From: an uncultured Spirochaetota bacterium
Lineage (GTDB): Bacteria > Spirochaetota > Spirochaetia > SZUA-6 > CAVTHK01
Length of the DNA: 64,000 bases
Assembly (NCBI GenBank): GCA_963734495.1
Contig: CAVTHK010000008.1
Span: 1-64,000 of the forward strand
Reading direction: 5' to 3'
Part shown: positions 32,536 to 42,109 of the stretch, in pieces
Layout of the letters: every line of letters starts with the position of its first letter
How positions within the stretch are numbered: the stretch's first letter is position 1
Notes under the pieces: model-generated
What the model was told of the DNA's origin: nothing
Database searches by the model: none
Seen by the model: only the letters and a program-made list of their open reading frames with translations
Position numbers and translations under genes: made by a program

Positions 32536-32955
32536 GTGTCTGACGACAGCAACAGGGTCGAGCCCGGCGAGGCGACAAGCAGGCGGACCGAGTCGGCCCC
32601 GGACGTTCCGGCCGACCGGCCGGCGCCGAGGCGCAGCGAAGATTCCGACGAAGGCGGGCGCGAGGACGACCGCAGGGAGCGGGGCGGACCTGGCGGCGGC
32701 AGGGACGAGCGCCGCGGCGGTCGGGGGGGCGGCGGCCGCTACCGGGTCTTTTTCCGCAAGAAGGTCTGCCGGTTCTGCAAGGGCCGGGTGAGCATCGACT
32801 ATCTCGATGCTGCCGCGCTGCGCCGCTTCACGACGGAGCGGGGCAAGATCCTGCCGGGCCGCATGACCGGAACCTGCGCCAAGCACCAGCGCGTGCTCGC
32901 CCGCGCCATCAAGAGGGCACGCTCCCTCGCGATGCTCCCGTTCGTCGCGAGGTAG
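32536..32955 (+). CDS. rpsR: 30S ribosomal protein S18 with long N-terminal extension
   Basis: [29 protein letters not shown]. Confidence 0.95.
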   Translation: MSDDSNRVEPGEATSRRTESAPDVPADRPAPRRSEDSDEGGREDDRRERGGPGGGRDERRGGRGGGGRYRVFFRKKVCRFCKGRVSIDYLDAAALRRFTTERGKILPGRMTGTCAKHQRVLARAIKRARSLAMLPFVAR

Positions 32956-32970
32956 CGGGCCGCGACGGAA

Positions 32971-34086
32971 ATGGAGAACCGAGCGCGGGTCTGGCTCCGG
33001 CTCCTCGGACGCGCCGCCCTGGCGGTGGCGGCCTACCACGCGGGGATCGTCGTCGCGTTCGCGTACATGGTCGCATCGCGGTCCACGCTGGTGCAGGTCC
33101 CGCTTCACTTCGCTTTCCTGCTGGTCCCGCTGCAGGTGGTCTACCGGCGCAGCGGGCCGCGGGACTTCCTCAGGGTGAGCGCGCTCGCCGTGCTCGTCCT
33201 GGCCGCGCTGCGCGTGGCGCTCGCGGCGAGCGCGCTGCGCGAGCTCGCGGCGGCGGGGCCGCAGAGCGAGATCGAGCGCGTGGTCCTCGCGCCGCTGCCC
33301 GGGGTGGTCTTTCCCCTGGTCGCGATCGAGCTCCTGACGGTGATCGCGCTCCTCGCCGGGCTCGTCTGGGTGAACATCTACGGGCCCGCGGTGCTGCGCT
33401 GGCGCACGATCTACCTCGCGCTCGCGGCGACCGCCTGCTCGGCCGTCGTCGCGCTCGGGGCGATCGCGGCCCTGGCGGGCAATCACGCGTTCGTGGAGAG
33501 CATGAAGCTGCTCTTCGCCAACGTGATGGATCTGTTCTCAAAGGCGGCCGCGCAGGCCGACGCGACCCTGCCGAAGCTGCCGGGCGCCGACGAGATGCTG
33601 CGGACGTTCTGGGACTACCTGTTCGGAAGCTTCGTGTTCGGGTACTTCCTGAACCTGGCGGGCTCCTGGTACGTCGGCGGGCGGATCGGCAGCCGCAACC
33701 GGTTCGCCGAAGGCGCGAAGCTGCAGGCCTTTCAGCTGCCCGACCTGATGGTCTGGCCGCTGATAGCGAGCTGGTCGGTGGTGCTGCTCGGCCGCTTCGC
33801 GACGCTCGGCTGGCTGCGAGCCTTCGCGCTGAACGCCGGCCTGATCCTGCTCGCGCTGTACGCGGTGCAGGGGCTGGCCGTCATCGAGACGCTCCTCGCG
33901 CGCAGCCGTCGCGGGCCCGAAGGGGGCAGGCGGCTGCTGGTCATGGGCCTGCTGGTCGCTCTGGTCGTCCCGGTCCTGACCGTGGTCGCGATGGTCGTCG
34001 TACCCCTTGTTGGGGTGTCGGAGATATGGATAAAATACCGGATCGAGAGGAAGGAAGGGACCGATGAAGGTCAAGGTGATTCTTAG
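32971..34086 (+). CDS. DUF2232/YybS-like membrane protein
   Basis: Multi-TM protein between rpsR and rplI; LYAVQGLAV motif. Confidence 0.75.
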   Translation: MENRARVWLRLLGRAALAVAAYHAGIVVAFAYMVASRSTLVQVPLHFAFLLVPLQVVYRRSGPRDFLRVSALAVLVLAALRVALAASALRELAAAGPQSEIERVVLAPLPGVVFPLVAIELLTVIALLAGLVWVNIYGPAVLRWRTIYLALAATACSAVVALGAIAALAGNHAFVESMKLLFANVMDLFSKAAAQADATLPKLPGADEMLRTFWDYLFGSFVFGYFLNLAGSWYVGGRIGSRNRFAEGAKLQAFQLPDLMVWPLIASWSVVLLGRFATLGWLRAFALNAGLILLALYAVQGLAVIETLLARSRRGPEGGRRLLVMGLLVALVVPVLTVVAMVVVPLVGVSEIWIKYRIERKEGTDEGQGDS

Positions 34087-34522
34087 CCAGGACATACTGA
34101 ACTTGGGCGAAGAGGGCGATGTCCGCGAGGTTGCAGCCGGCTACGCCCGCAACTACCTCTTTCCGAAGAAGCTGGCCATGGCCCACACGCACAAGGCCCT
34201 GCAGCTCTTCGAGAGCCGCCGGGCGCACATCGAGACGCGCAAGGAGGCCAAGCGGAGCGAGGCGTCAGGGCTGGCCGAGAAGCTCAGCGCGGAAGAGCTC
34301 AAGTTCGTGATGCCGGCGGGCGAGAACGGCAAGCTGTTCGGGAGCGTCAGCGCCGCGATGATCGGCGACGAGCTCGGCAAGCGCGGCTATCAAATCGAGC
34401 GGAAGCGGATCGAAGTTCCGGACAACCACATTCGACAGGTCGGCTCCCACACGGTCAAGATCAAGCTGTACGGCCAGCAGGAAGCGCCCGTCAAGGTGGT
34501 GGTGGAAGCGGCCGCTCCCTAA
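34064..34522 (+). CDS. rplI: 50S ribosomal protein L9
   Basis: GEEGDVREVAAGYARNYLFP, GKLFGSV. Confidence 0.97.
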   Translation: MKVKVILSQDILNLGEEGDVREVAAGYARNYLFPKKLAMAHTHKALQLFESRRAHIETRKEAKRSEASGLAEKLSAEELKFVMPAGENGKLFGSVSAAMIGDELGKRGYQIERKRIEVPDNHIRQVGSHTVKIKLYGQQEAPVKVVVEAAAP

Positions 34523-34532
34523 GGGTCCGCGG

Positions 34533-35864
34533 GTGGCAACGCTCAAGGACCAGGGCGCGCCGCACAACCCCGAGGCCGAGGCGGCCTGTCTCGGCGCCCT
34601 GCTGCTGGCGCCCGAGTCGGTCTCCGAGGTCATCCAGTACATCCGGCCGGAAGACTTCTTCAACGGGCGCAACCGGCGCGTGTTCGGGGCGATCCTCGCG
34701 CTCTACAACCGGGGAGACGCGATCGACCTGCTGACGGTGACCGAGGCGCTGCGCGGTCAGGGCGAGCTCGACCCGGCGGGCGGCCCCGCCTACGTGTCGG
34801 AGCTCACTTCGGCGGTCCCCACCGCGGCCAACGTCGCGTACTATGCCCGCCTCGTCCAGGACGAGAGCACGCGCAGGCGGCTCCTGGCCATCTCGGCCCA
34901 GATCTCGGCGCAGGCGCACGACGAGACCGTCGAGGCGCGGCAGACCATAGAAGACGCCGAGCGGCAGATCTACCAGCTCAGCGACGACCGGTACGCCGGA
35001 AGCTACGTGCCGGTAAGGGAGATCATTCCGGAGACGATCGCCACGATCGAGAAGCTCTACCACACCAAGGAGAGCTACACCGGCGTTCCATCCGGGTTCG
35101 GCGACCTCGATTCGCTCACGAGCGGGTTCCAGGCTTCGGAGTTCATCGTGATCGGCGCGCGACCGTCGGTGGGGAAGACCGCGCTGGCGCTCTCCATGGC
35201 CGCCAACATCGCGATGCGGTACAACAAGCCCGTAGGGTTCTTCACGCTGGAGATGTCGCGCAAGGCGATCGTGCAGCGCCTGGTCGCGAGCGAGGCGCGC
35301 CTCGACTCGCACCGGCTGCGCAGCGGGATGCTCAAGCCTTCGGACTTCCACAACCTCACCGAGGCCGCGGGGAGGCTGTACGAGACTCCGCTGTACATCG
35401 AGGACTCGCCGAACCTGTCGATCCTCGACCTGCGCGCGATGGCGAGGAGGATGCGCTCCCAGAACGCGGTCGAGATCATCTTCGTCGACTACCTGACGCT
35501 GATCACCTCGGAGAACAAGGAGCTGCAGCGGCACGAGCAGATCGCGGAGATCAGCCGCTCGCTCAAGGCGCTCGCCCGCGAGCTCGACGTCCCCGTGATC
35601 GCGCTGTCGCAGGTGCGGCGCGAGACCGAAGGCAAGGAACCGAACCTCGCCGACATCCGGGAAAGCGGCTCCATCGAGCAGGACGCCGACGTCGTCATCT
35701 TCCTCCACCGCGAGCGGCACGGCCGCGATTCCGAGGAGGAGGAGAACGACGTCGAGACCGACCTGATCGTGGCCAAGCAGCGCAACGGCCCGGTGGGCAA
35801 GGTCAAGCTCGCGTTCGTGCCCAGGTACACGCGGTTCGAGAACTGGACGCGGGACCGGCGCTGA
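34533..35864 (+). CDS. dnaB: Replicative DNA helicase DnaB
   Basis: PHNPEAE, GARPSVGKT, VDYL, RESGSIEQDADVV, AKQRNGP; no intein (443 aa). Confidence 0.98.
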   Translation: MATLKDQGAPHNPEAEAACLGALLLAPESVSEVIQYIRPEDFFNGRNRRVFGAILALYNRGDAIDLLTVTEALRGQGELDPAGGPAYVSELTSAVPTAANVAYYARLVQDESTRRRLLAISAQISAQAHDETVEARQTIEDAERQIYQLSDDRYAGSYVPVREIIPETIATIEKLYHTKESYTGVPSGFGDLDSLTSGFQASEFIVIGARPSVGKTALALSMAANIAMRYNKPVGFFTLEMSRKAIVQRLVASEARLDSHRLRSGMLKPSDFHNLTEAAGRLYETPLYIEDSPNLSILDLRAMARRMRSQNAVEIIFVDYLTLITSENKELQRHEQIAEISRSLKALARELDVPVIALSQVRRETEGKEPNLADIRESGSIEQDADVVIFLHRERHGRDSEEEENDVETDLIVAKQRNGPVGKVKLAFVPRYTRFENWTRDRR

Positions 35865-35890
35865 CGGTGTCTGAAGCCGCGCTCGCGCAC

Positions 35891-37936
35891 CTACCGTTCG
35901 AGGATGTAGCGGTCGGCGTCGCGGCTGTAGACGCGGTTCTCCTGAGGCAGCACCGCGAGCCAGCTCGAGTCGGCAAACACGTACAGATCGGCGAGGAGCC
36001 TGCCGCTGCGGGTCTCCCAGAGGCTCACGGTGCGGTCGCGGTTGATCGCGGCGAGGAGGCGTCGTCCGGCTGCGAGCGCGCGGGGCACGTGGGTCGAGGC
36101 CTCGAGGGGCCTGACCCTTCCGTCCGCCCACTCCTGGACGCCCTCCATCCCGATGGAGGAGTAGAGCCTCGCGCCGTCGGCATCAAAGGCGATCGAGGCC
36201 CCGCCATCCTCGCCCGCGTAGCGGATGACCGTCTGCAGGCGCTCGAAACCCGCCCCGTCGTGCAGCCGCACGGTCGTGCTGCTTTCGCCGCCCGACTCCT
36301 CCACGGCGAGCGAGAAGAACCGGGCGCGGGCCGGGTCTGCCGCGAGGGCGTAGCTGAGGAATGCCGTGTCCGGAAGCGGGACGGTCTCGCCGGTCCGCGT
36401 GTTGATGCGGATCAGCGGATGCTCCAGCCGCGACAGACGGGTCCTCGCCCCGACGAGCACGCCGTCGGGCATCCAGATGACGGCGCGGGTGCTCTGGGCC
36501 GTCAGGCGATACAGCCGAGCGAAGCTCGAGCGGTCGATGAGCTGGATGGTGCCGTCGGCCTCGAGCGTCAACAGCGCGTCGGGGCCGCCGCTCGCGACGC
36601 CGAGGAGCGGCGAGCCGAACAGGTCGTCCGGCACGGCGGCCACTTCGTCGAGGGCGAGGTCCTCCCCCGGAGGCGCGAGCGTATAGAGCCGGAGAGCCCG
36701 GCCGCTGCGGTCCCAGACCGCCAGCGTGCGATCGTCGAGAAAGCTCACCGCGGGCTCATCCATGCCGGGCAGCGGAATTCGCTGCGCGCGGTAGCCCTTC
36801 ACCGTAGACCGTCCTCCAAACAGGCGAGGGGTCGTGTCGATCTCGAACAGCCACACGCCCTCGGCATCCGCCAGCGCGGTCCGGTCGCCGCCCGCCGCGA
36901 CCGCGTTGAGCCGCGCCAGGTTGTCGCGCGAGATTTCGGCCGGGGCGCCGTAGAAAGGGACCTTGACGATCGTGCCGCGCTCGTCGCCGACGTAGACGGC
37001 ATCGAGCGCGGCCGCCAGGGCCGTGAGGCCGCCCGTCATGCGGGCGAGGTCGGGCGCGCCCGCCAGCTCCAGCGGGGCCGTGGACCCGCCCCAGTAGGAC
37101 CACTGGCTCAGGCTGCTCCTTCCGCTCGAAGAGCCGGACACCACCAGGATGCGGGAGCCGTCCGGGCTGGCGTCGAGGGCGAGGACGTCCGCGATCGGCC
37201 GGTCGGCGAGCATCTCGCCCGTGGCGACGTCGATCACCGCGAGGCCGGTGCGCGAGCGCGCGAGCATCGTCGCCAGGTCCTCCGTGATCCGGCGCGGGGC
37301 GAGATCGGCGACGGTGGCGACTTCCTTGATCTTGTCGCCCGAGCGCAGCTCCCAGTAGCTGATCTTTCCCGAGGGCTGGTAGGCCATGAGGTTGCGCTCG
37401 GTGCGCGAGAAGGCGACGAACGAGACGATGCCGAATCCCTGGCTCAGGTACGGCAGGGCGCGCCCCGAGCGCGCGTCGAGGATGCTGATGCTCCGGTAGT
37501 CGGCGCGGGTGTACACGAGGTATGTCCCGAGCGTGGAAAAGCTCAGGTGAAGGGGCATGTCCGGCAGATCGACGGAATACAGGCGCGAGCCCCGCGACCA
37601 GTCCCAGACGGTGATGCGCGCGCTGCGCGTCGTCGGAGCGTCCACCGTCGCCAGCAGGGGCGCCGACGGATGGATCGCGAGCCGCTGGACGGGAGAGCGG
37701 GAAACGGCGAGCGCCGCTTCCTGCCGGCCCGTCTTGAGGTCCCACACGCGGACGGTGCCGTCGGAGCCCGCGCTCGCGAGCAGCCCCCGCCCGCTGTCGA
37801 CCGCAAGCGCAGTGATCGCCCCCTGGTGCCCGGTGTCGACCGTGAGCGCCGCCGCGGACGCCGCCGCCAGAACCGCGAGCGCGGCCGCGAGCCGCCACCG
37901 GCTACAGCGTGCGGTAGATCCGGTTGACCGATACAT
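35891..37936 (-). CDS. Exported WD40/beta-propeller protein
   Basis: Signal-like LAAALAVLAAASAAA, GHQGAITAL..LASAGSDGTVRVWD and a C-terminal WD repeat. Start uncertain (ATG 37936). Confidence 0.8.
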   Translation of the reverse strand: MYRSTGSTARCSRWRLAAALAVLAAASAAALTVDTGHQGAITALAVDSGRGLLASAGSDGTVRVWDLKTGRQEAALAVSRSPVQRLAIHPSAPLLATVDAPTTRSARITVWDWSRGSRLYSVDLPDMPLHLSFSTLGTYLVYTRADYRSISILDARSGRALPYLSQGFGIVSFVAFSRTERNLMAYQPSGKISYWELRSGDKIKEVATVADLAPRRITEDLATMLARSRTGLAVIDVATGEMLADRPIADVLALDASPDGSRILVVSGSSSGRSSLSQWSYWGGSTAPLELAGAPDLARMTGGLTALAAALDAVYVGDERGTIVKVPFYGAPAEISRDNLARLNAVAAGGDRTALADAEGVWLFEIDTTPRLFGGRSTVKGYRAQRIPLPGMDEPAVSFLDDRTLAVWDRSGRALRLYTLAPPGEDLALDEVAAVPDDLFGSPLLGVASGGPDALLTLEADGTIQLIDRSSFARLYRLTAQSTRAVIWMPDGVLVGARTRLSRLEHPLIRINTRTGETVPLPDTAFLSYALAADPARARFFSLAVEESGGESSTTVRLHDGAGFERLQTVIRYAGEDGGASIAFDADGARLYSSIGMEGVQEWADGRVRPLEASTHVPRALAAGRRLLAAINRDRTVSLWETRSGRLLADLYVFADSSWLAVLPQENRVYSRDADRYILER

Positions 37937-38516
37937 AGGGCCGCTGCAGAATCTCGCTGAACGGTTCCTCGCGGGCGATCTCATGCAGCCTCTCCTTGGC
38001 CCGCTGGTACGTCGCCTCGGGGACGCGCGACAGCGCGACCTCGCGGTCGCGGAGCCCCTCGATCTGGAAGCGCAGGCGCCCGTCGGCCTCGCGGCCCACG
38101 AACAGGACGCGCACGTCGCGCTGCTCCTCGCTCTCGAGCGCCCGGCTGAGGAGATAGTACTTGACGACCTCAACGGCGGAATCGTCGAGCCCCTCGCGCC
38201 AGATGCGGAGCTTCTCGACGAGCTCGGGGTAGCCGATCGCGACCCGGGCCGGGTCGCCGATCTCGTACTCCAGCGCGCCTCTCTGGAACGCGCTGCGGTC
38301 CAGCTCGGGAATGAGGAACACCTCGAAGCCGGCCGAAGGCGAATGCACCCGCACGGGCAGCTCGGGTTTCAGGAGCGTCCCGCAGTGGGGGCACTCGAGG
38401 CTCATAAAGGTGCCCTCCAGGATCTCGTCCGCGGCACGCGGATTGCCGTCCAGGTCGACGGCGTCGGCAAAGTCCGTCTGGACGCGCTCTCCGCAGTAGC
38501 ACTCGATCTCTTTCAC
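37902..38516 (-). CDS. CpXC zinc-ribbon domain protein
   Basis: CYCG...CPHCG cysteine pairs; GTG start just after rseP. Confidence 0.8.
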   Translation of the reverse strand: MKEIECYCGERVQTDFADAVDLDGNPRAADEILEGTFMSLECPHCGTLLKPELPVRVHSPSAGFEVFLIPELDRSAFQRGALEYEIGDPARVAIGYPELVEKLRIWREGLDDSAVEVVKYYLLSRALESEEQRDVRVLFVGREADGRLRFQIEGLRDREVALSRVPEATYQRAKERLHEIAREEPFSEILQRPYVSVNRIYRTL

Positions 38517-38521
38517 GGCAG

Positions 38522-39922
38522 CTACCCCACGTAGAACAGTATATCGCTCGCCACCGCGAGGAAGATGAGCCCGAAGACCACGATCGTCCCGATGATCTGA
38601 AAACGCCACAGCAACCGCGGCCCGAGCTGCCTCCGCGAGATCGCCTCGGCCCCCGAGATCACGATGAGCCCGCCGTCGAGCGCCGGCAGCGGCAGCAGGT
38701 TCATGATGGCAATGGCGATCGAGAGCAGCGAGACGAACTGGAAGAACGCCACGACGCCTTCTCCGACCCCGAGGCGGAAGCCGAACACCGCGGCCTCCCC
38801 GACCATGCGCGTGATGCGGATGGGGCCGGCAACCACCTCGTCGAGCTTGCGGTTGTGCATGTGCAGCAGCTGCCGCAGGCCCGAAACCGACATGCTCACG
38901 ATCTCGCCGGTGCGCTGCACGCCCGTGACGAGAGCCTCGCCGAAGCCGAGCCGCGGAGAGCGGTAGACCTTTTGCGCGAAGGTGAGCCCGATGTCGATGC
39001 GGCCGCCGGCGGCGCCCCCTGCATCGAGCCTGGTCGTCCTCTGCTCTCCGCCGCGGTGATACGAGATCGTCGCAGGCTCCGCGCCCGCGCGGAAATGGTC
39101 CTCGAGGACGGCGTAGAACGCAACGTCGTACGGCACCGGCTTGTCGTCGACGGCGGTGATGAGGTCGCCGGCCTGCAGGCCCGACCGTTCAGCGGTCGAG
39201 CCGGGGTCCACGCGCGCGACCCGCGGCTCGACCCACGCGTAGACTCCGATCCTGCCGAGGCGGGTCTCCGCGTCCCGATCGGGCACGATACGGAGCGCGA
39301 TCCTGCTGCCCGCGCGGTCCACGCTGAGGGCCAGCGCGCGGCCCGGGCTGCGGCGCACCGTCTCGGAGATCTCCCAGAAGCTCTGGACGGGCCGGCCGTC
39401 GATCGCGAGGATGCGGTCGCCCGTCTCGAGGCCCGCCTTGTCGGCAGGGTAGCTTGCCGGGGCCGTGCCCTGGCTCGCCGCCGCCTGGTCGTACTGCGAC
39501 GCGAGGACGATCCTGCCGTCCGTGGAGTGGATGCGGAACCCGAGCCACCAGATCAGGGTGAGCACCAGGACCGCGAAGACGAAGTTGGACGCCGGCCCCG
39601 CGACGGCGACGACGATGCGGCGCCAGGGGGCCGCGGCGAGGAAGGAGCCGGGCTCCGCGCGCACCGCCGCGACCTTCTCCGCGCTCATGTCGCCGCGGAG
39701 CATCTCGCCCTTCATCTTGCAGTAGCCGCCGATGGGGAACCAGGCGATCTGGTAGAGAGTGCTCCCGCGGGTGAACCCCCAGAGGCGCCGGCCCCAGCCG
39801 AGGGAAAAGACTTCGACCTCGATCCCACTCGCTTTGGCTGCGAGGAAATGGCCCAGCTCGTGGACGAACACGATCATCCCCAGTCCGAGGATGCCGAAAA
39901 ACAACGTCGAAACGACGGTCAC
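38522..39922 (-). CDS. rseP: RIP metalloprotease RseP
   Basis: HELGH, two PDZ domains, NLLPLPALDGG. Confidence 0.96.
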   Translation of the reverse strand: MTVVSTLFFGILGLGMIVFVHELGHFLAAKASGIEVEVFSLGWGRRLWGFTRGSTLYQIAWFPIGGYCKMKGEMLRGDMSAEKVAAVRAEPGSFLAAAPWRRIVVAVAGPASNFVFAVLVLTLIWWLGFRIHSTDGRIVLASQYDQAAASQGTAPASYPADKAGLETGDRILAIDGRPVQSFWEISETVRRSPGRALALSVDRAGSRIALRIVPDRDAETRLGRIGVYAWVEPRVARVDPGSTAERSGLQAGDLITAVDDKPVPYDVAFYAVLEDHFRAGAEPATISYHRGGEQRTTRLDAGGAAGGRIDIGLTFAQKVYRSPRLGFGEALVTGVQRTGEIVSMSVSGLRQLLHMHNRKLDEVVAGPIRITRMVGEAAVFGFRLGVGEGVVAFFQFVSLLSIAIAIMNLLPLPALDGGLIVISGAEAISRRQLGPRLLWRFQIIGTIVVFGLIFLAVASDILFYVG

Positions 39923-39955
39923 TTGAACGCTCTCCCGGGTCGATCCCCGGCCGGT

Positions 39956-40795
39956 CTACCGGCCGAGCAGCCCGACCAATAGGTAGTATAACGGCGCGGC
40001 GAGCAGCAGAGAGTCGGCCGAGTCCAGGAGGCCGCCCCTGCCCATCATCAGCGTCCCCGAATCCTTGACGCCGGCCGAGCGCTTGAGCACGCTCTCTATG
40101 AGGTCGCCGAGGATGGTGGCGCAGCCGATGACCGTTCCCAGCAACAGGGCCCCCGCCGTTCCCCCGGGCACGAGCCGCGGCCAGAGAAGAAGCGCGGCCA
40201 GCGAGACCACAAGCGACATTACGAAGCCGGCGACGAAGCCTGCGATCGACTTGGTGGGACTGATCAGCAGCCCGATGGGCCGGCCCACGAGCATCCCCAC
40301 CGCCCACGCCGCAGTGTCGTTGCCGAACACCAGGGCGAAGAGGAACAGCAGGTGAAACGTGGCGTCCTGGAGCGTGGAAACCCGCGCGATGAACAGCACG
40401 AAGAGGCCGGGATAGACGAGCACGACCAGTGAGGCCGCGACGCGGGTGAGAACGGCCTCCATGTCCTGCTTGTTGTCGACCCAGATCCCCCGCAGCAGGA
40501 GAAGTCCGACCGCGCCGCAGACCCAGAGCAGCAGGTGAGACTCGCCGATGACGCCGACGGCCTGCAGATACGAAGCGGCGGGAAAGCTCGCGCCCAGCAA
40601 CGGCGCGAGCCAGCGGTACGTGCTCAGGGACCGCTTCTCGAAGAGGTTCCTCACCTCGAGCGCGCCCATGAACGTGGCGGCGACGCACGTGACGTTGATC
40701 AGCAGGAATTTGGCCCCCGTCAGGCGGTAGGCCATGAGGAACAGCAACGGAAGCACCAGCGCCGCCAGCATGATCCTCGCCAGCAGCTTGTTCAT
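39956..40795 (-). CDS. cdsA: Phosphatidate cytidylyltransferase
   Basis: ISPTKS, GDLIESVLKRSAGVKDSG..MGRGGLLDSADS. Confidence 0.95.
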   Translation of the reverse strand: MNKLLARIMLAALVLPLLFLMAYRLTGAKFLLINVTCVAATFMGALEVRNLFEKRSLSTYRWLAPLLGASFPAASYLQAVGVIGESHLLLWVCGAVGLLLLRGIWVDNKQDMEAVLTRVAASLVVLVYPGLFVLFIARVSTLQDATFHLLFLFALVFGNDTAAWAVGMLVGRPIGLLISPTKSIAGFVAGFVMSLVVSLAALLLWPRLVPGGTAGALLLGTVIGCATILGDLIESVLKRSAGVKDSGTLMMGRGGLLDSADSLLLAAPLYYLLVGLLGR

Positions 40796-41523
40796 CTCTT
40801 GCCGCCGAACGTGCGTTTGCGCTGCTGGTAGTCGCAGAGCGCCAGGGCGAGCTGCTCGCCGTCCCAGTCGGGCCATCTCAGGGGGCTGAAGAACAGCTCG
40901 GCGTAGGCGCTTTCCCACAGGAGGAAGTTCGAGAGCCTCTGCTCGCCGCCGGTGCGGATGACAAGGTCGAGGGGCGGCAGGTCGGGCTGGTCGAGGTGGC
41001 GCTCGAGGTCCGTGAACGAAAGCGCGGCCTGGCCCGCGCCGTTGTTCCGACCGTGGTCCTTCCCCGCGGCCAGCCAGCGATTGACGGCCCTCACGATCTC
41101 GTCGCGGCCTCCGTAGTTGATGGCCAGGTTGACCGTGATCCCCGGGTACGCCGCCGTCGCCGCCTCCACCCGCTCGACCTCACGCGTCACATCGGGCGGC
41201 AGGCGCGCGCAGTCTCCCGAGTGCACGACGCGCACCTTGTTCGCCCGGTAGAAGTCCAGCTCCTTGCGGAGGTGCGTCCGGAGCAGGAGCATGAGAAAAT
41301 CGACCTCGTCCCGCGCACGGGCCCAGTTCTCGGTGGAAAAGGTGTAGAGGGAAAGGTATCTCAGGCCCAGGTCGGACGCGGCCTTGACGACGCGCTTGGC
41401 CGCGCTCAGACCCTCCTTGTGCCCGTACGTGCGGGGCTTGCCGCGGCTGGCCGCCCAGCGGCCGTTTCCGTCCATGATGATGCCGACATGGACCGGAAGC
41501 GATCGTGGATCTAGATCCGCCAT
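40792..41523 (-). CDS. uppS: Undecaprenyl diphosphate synthase
   Basis: HVGIIMDGNGRWA, FSTENW, NYGGRDEI, RTGGEQRLSNFLLW. Confidence 0.97.
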   Translation of the reverse strand: MADLDPRSLPVHVGIIMDGNGRWAASRGKPRTYGHKEGLSAAKRVVKAASDLGLRYLSLYTFSTENWARARDEVDFLMLLLRTHLRKELDFYRANKVRVVHSGDCARLPPDVTREVERVEAATAAYPGITVNLAINYGGRDEIVRAVNRWLAAGKDHGRNNGAGQAALSFTDLERHLDQPDLPPLDLVIRTGGEQRLSNFLLWESAYAELFFSPLRWPDWDGEQLALALCDYQQRKRTFGGKR

Positions 41524-42083
41524 CAGACCTCGAGGATTTCCTTCTCTTTAGCCTCCAGGAGCTTCGCCACCTCGGCGATGTACTTGTCCGTGAGCTTCTG
41601 CGTCTCGTCCTGGGCCCTCTTCGACTCGTCCTCGCTGATCTCGGAGTCCTTCTGCAGCTTCTTCAATTCCTCGTTCGCGTCGCGGCGGATATTGCGGATC
41701 GCGACCCGGCTCGCCTCCGCCTTGTTGCGCGCCAGCTTGACGTACTCCTGCCGCCTCTGCTCGGTCAGCGGCGGGATGTTGATCCGGATGACCTTGCCGT
41801 CGTTGCTCGGGTTCACGGACAGCTCGGACTTCTGGATCGCCTTTTCGATCTCCGTCAGCACCGAGCGGTCCCACGGCTGGATGACGACGAGCCGGGGCTC
41901 GGGCACGCTGATCGTCGCCACCTGGTTCAGCGGCGTGGCCTGCCCGTAGTACTCGACCTTGATCTTTTCGAACAGGGCGGCCGAGGCCCTCCCTGTGCGG
42001 ATGCCGTTGAAATCGTCGGAGAGAGCCTGGATGGCCTTTTTCATCCTTTCTTCGGATTGCCGCTTGACCTTATCCACACTCAC
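41523..42083 (-). CDS. frr: Ribosome recycling factor
   Basis: IRTGRAS, IPPLTEQRR, AIRNIRRDAN, KEKEILEV. Confidence 0.98.
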   Translation of the reverse strand: MSVDKVKRQSEERMKKAIQALSDDFNGIRTGRASAALFEKIKVEYYGQATPLNQVATISVPEPRLVVIQPWDRSVLTEIEKAIQKSELSVNPSNDGKVIRINIPPLTEQRRQEYVKLARNKAEASRVAIRNIRRDANEELKKLQKDSEISEDESKRAQDETQKLTDKYIAEVAKLLEAKEKEILEV

Positions 42084-42109
42084 TCTTGAGCCTCCTGGAC
42101 GCCCGGGCC

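Noticed and set aside
42084..42109. pyrH missing between tsf and frr
   Set aside because: tsf-frr adjacency is the normal arrangement in Treponema and Borrelia.
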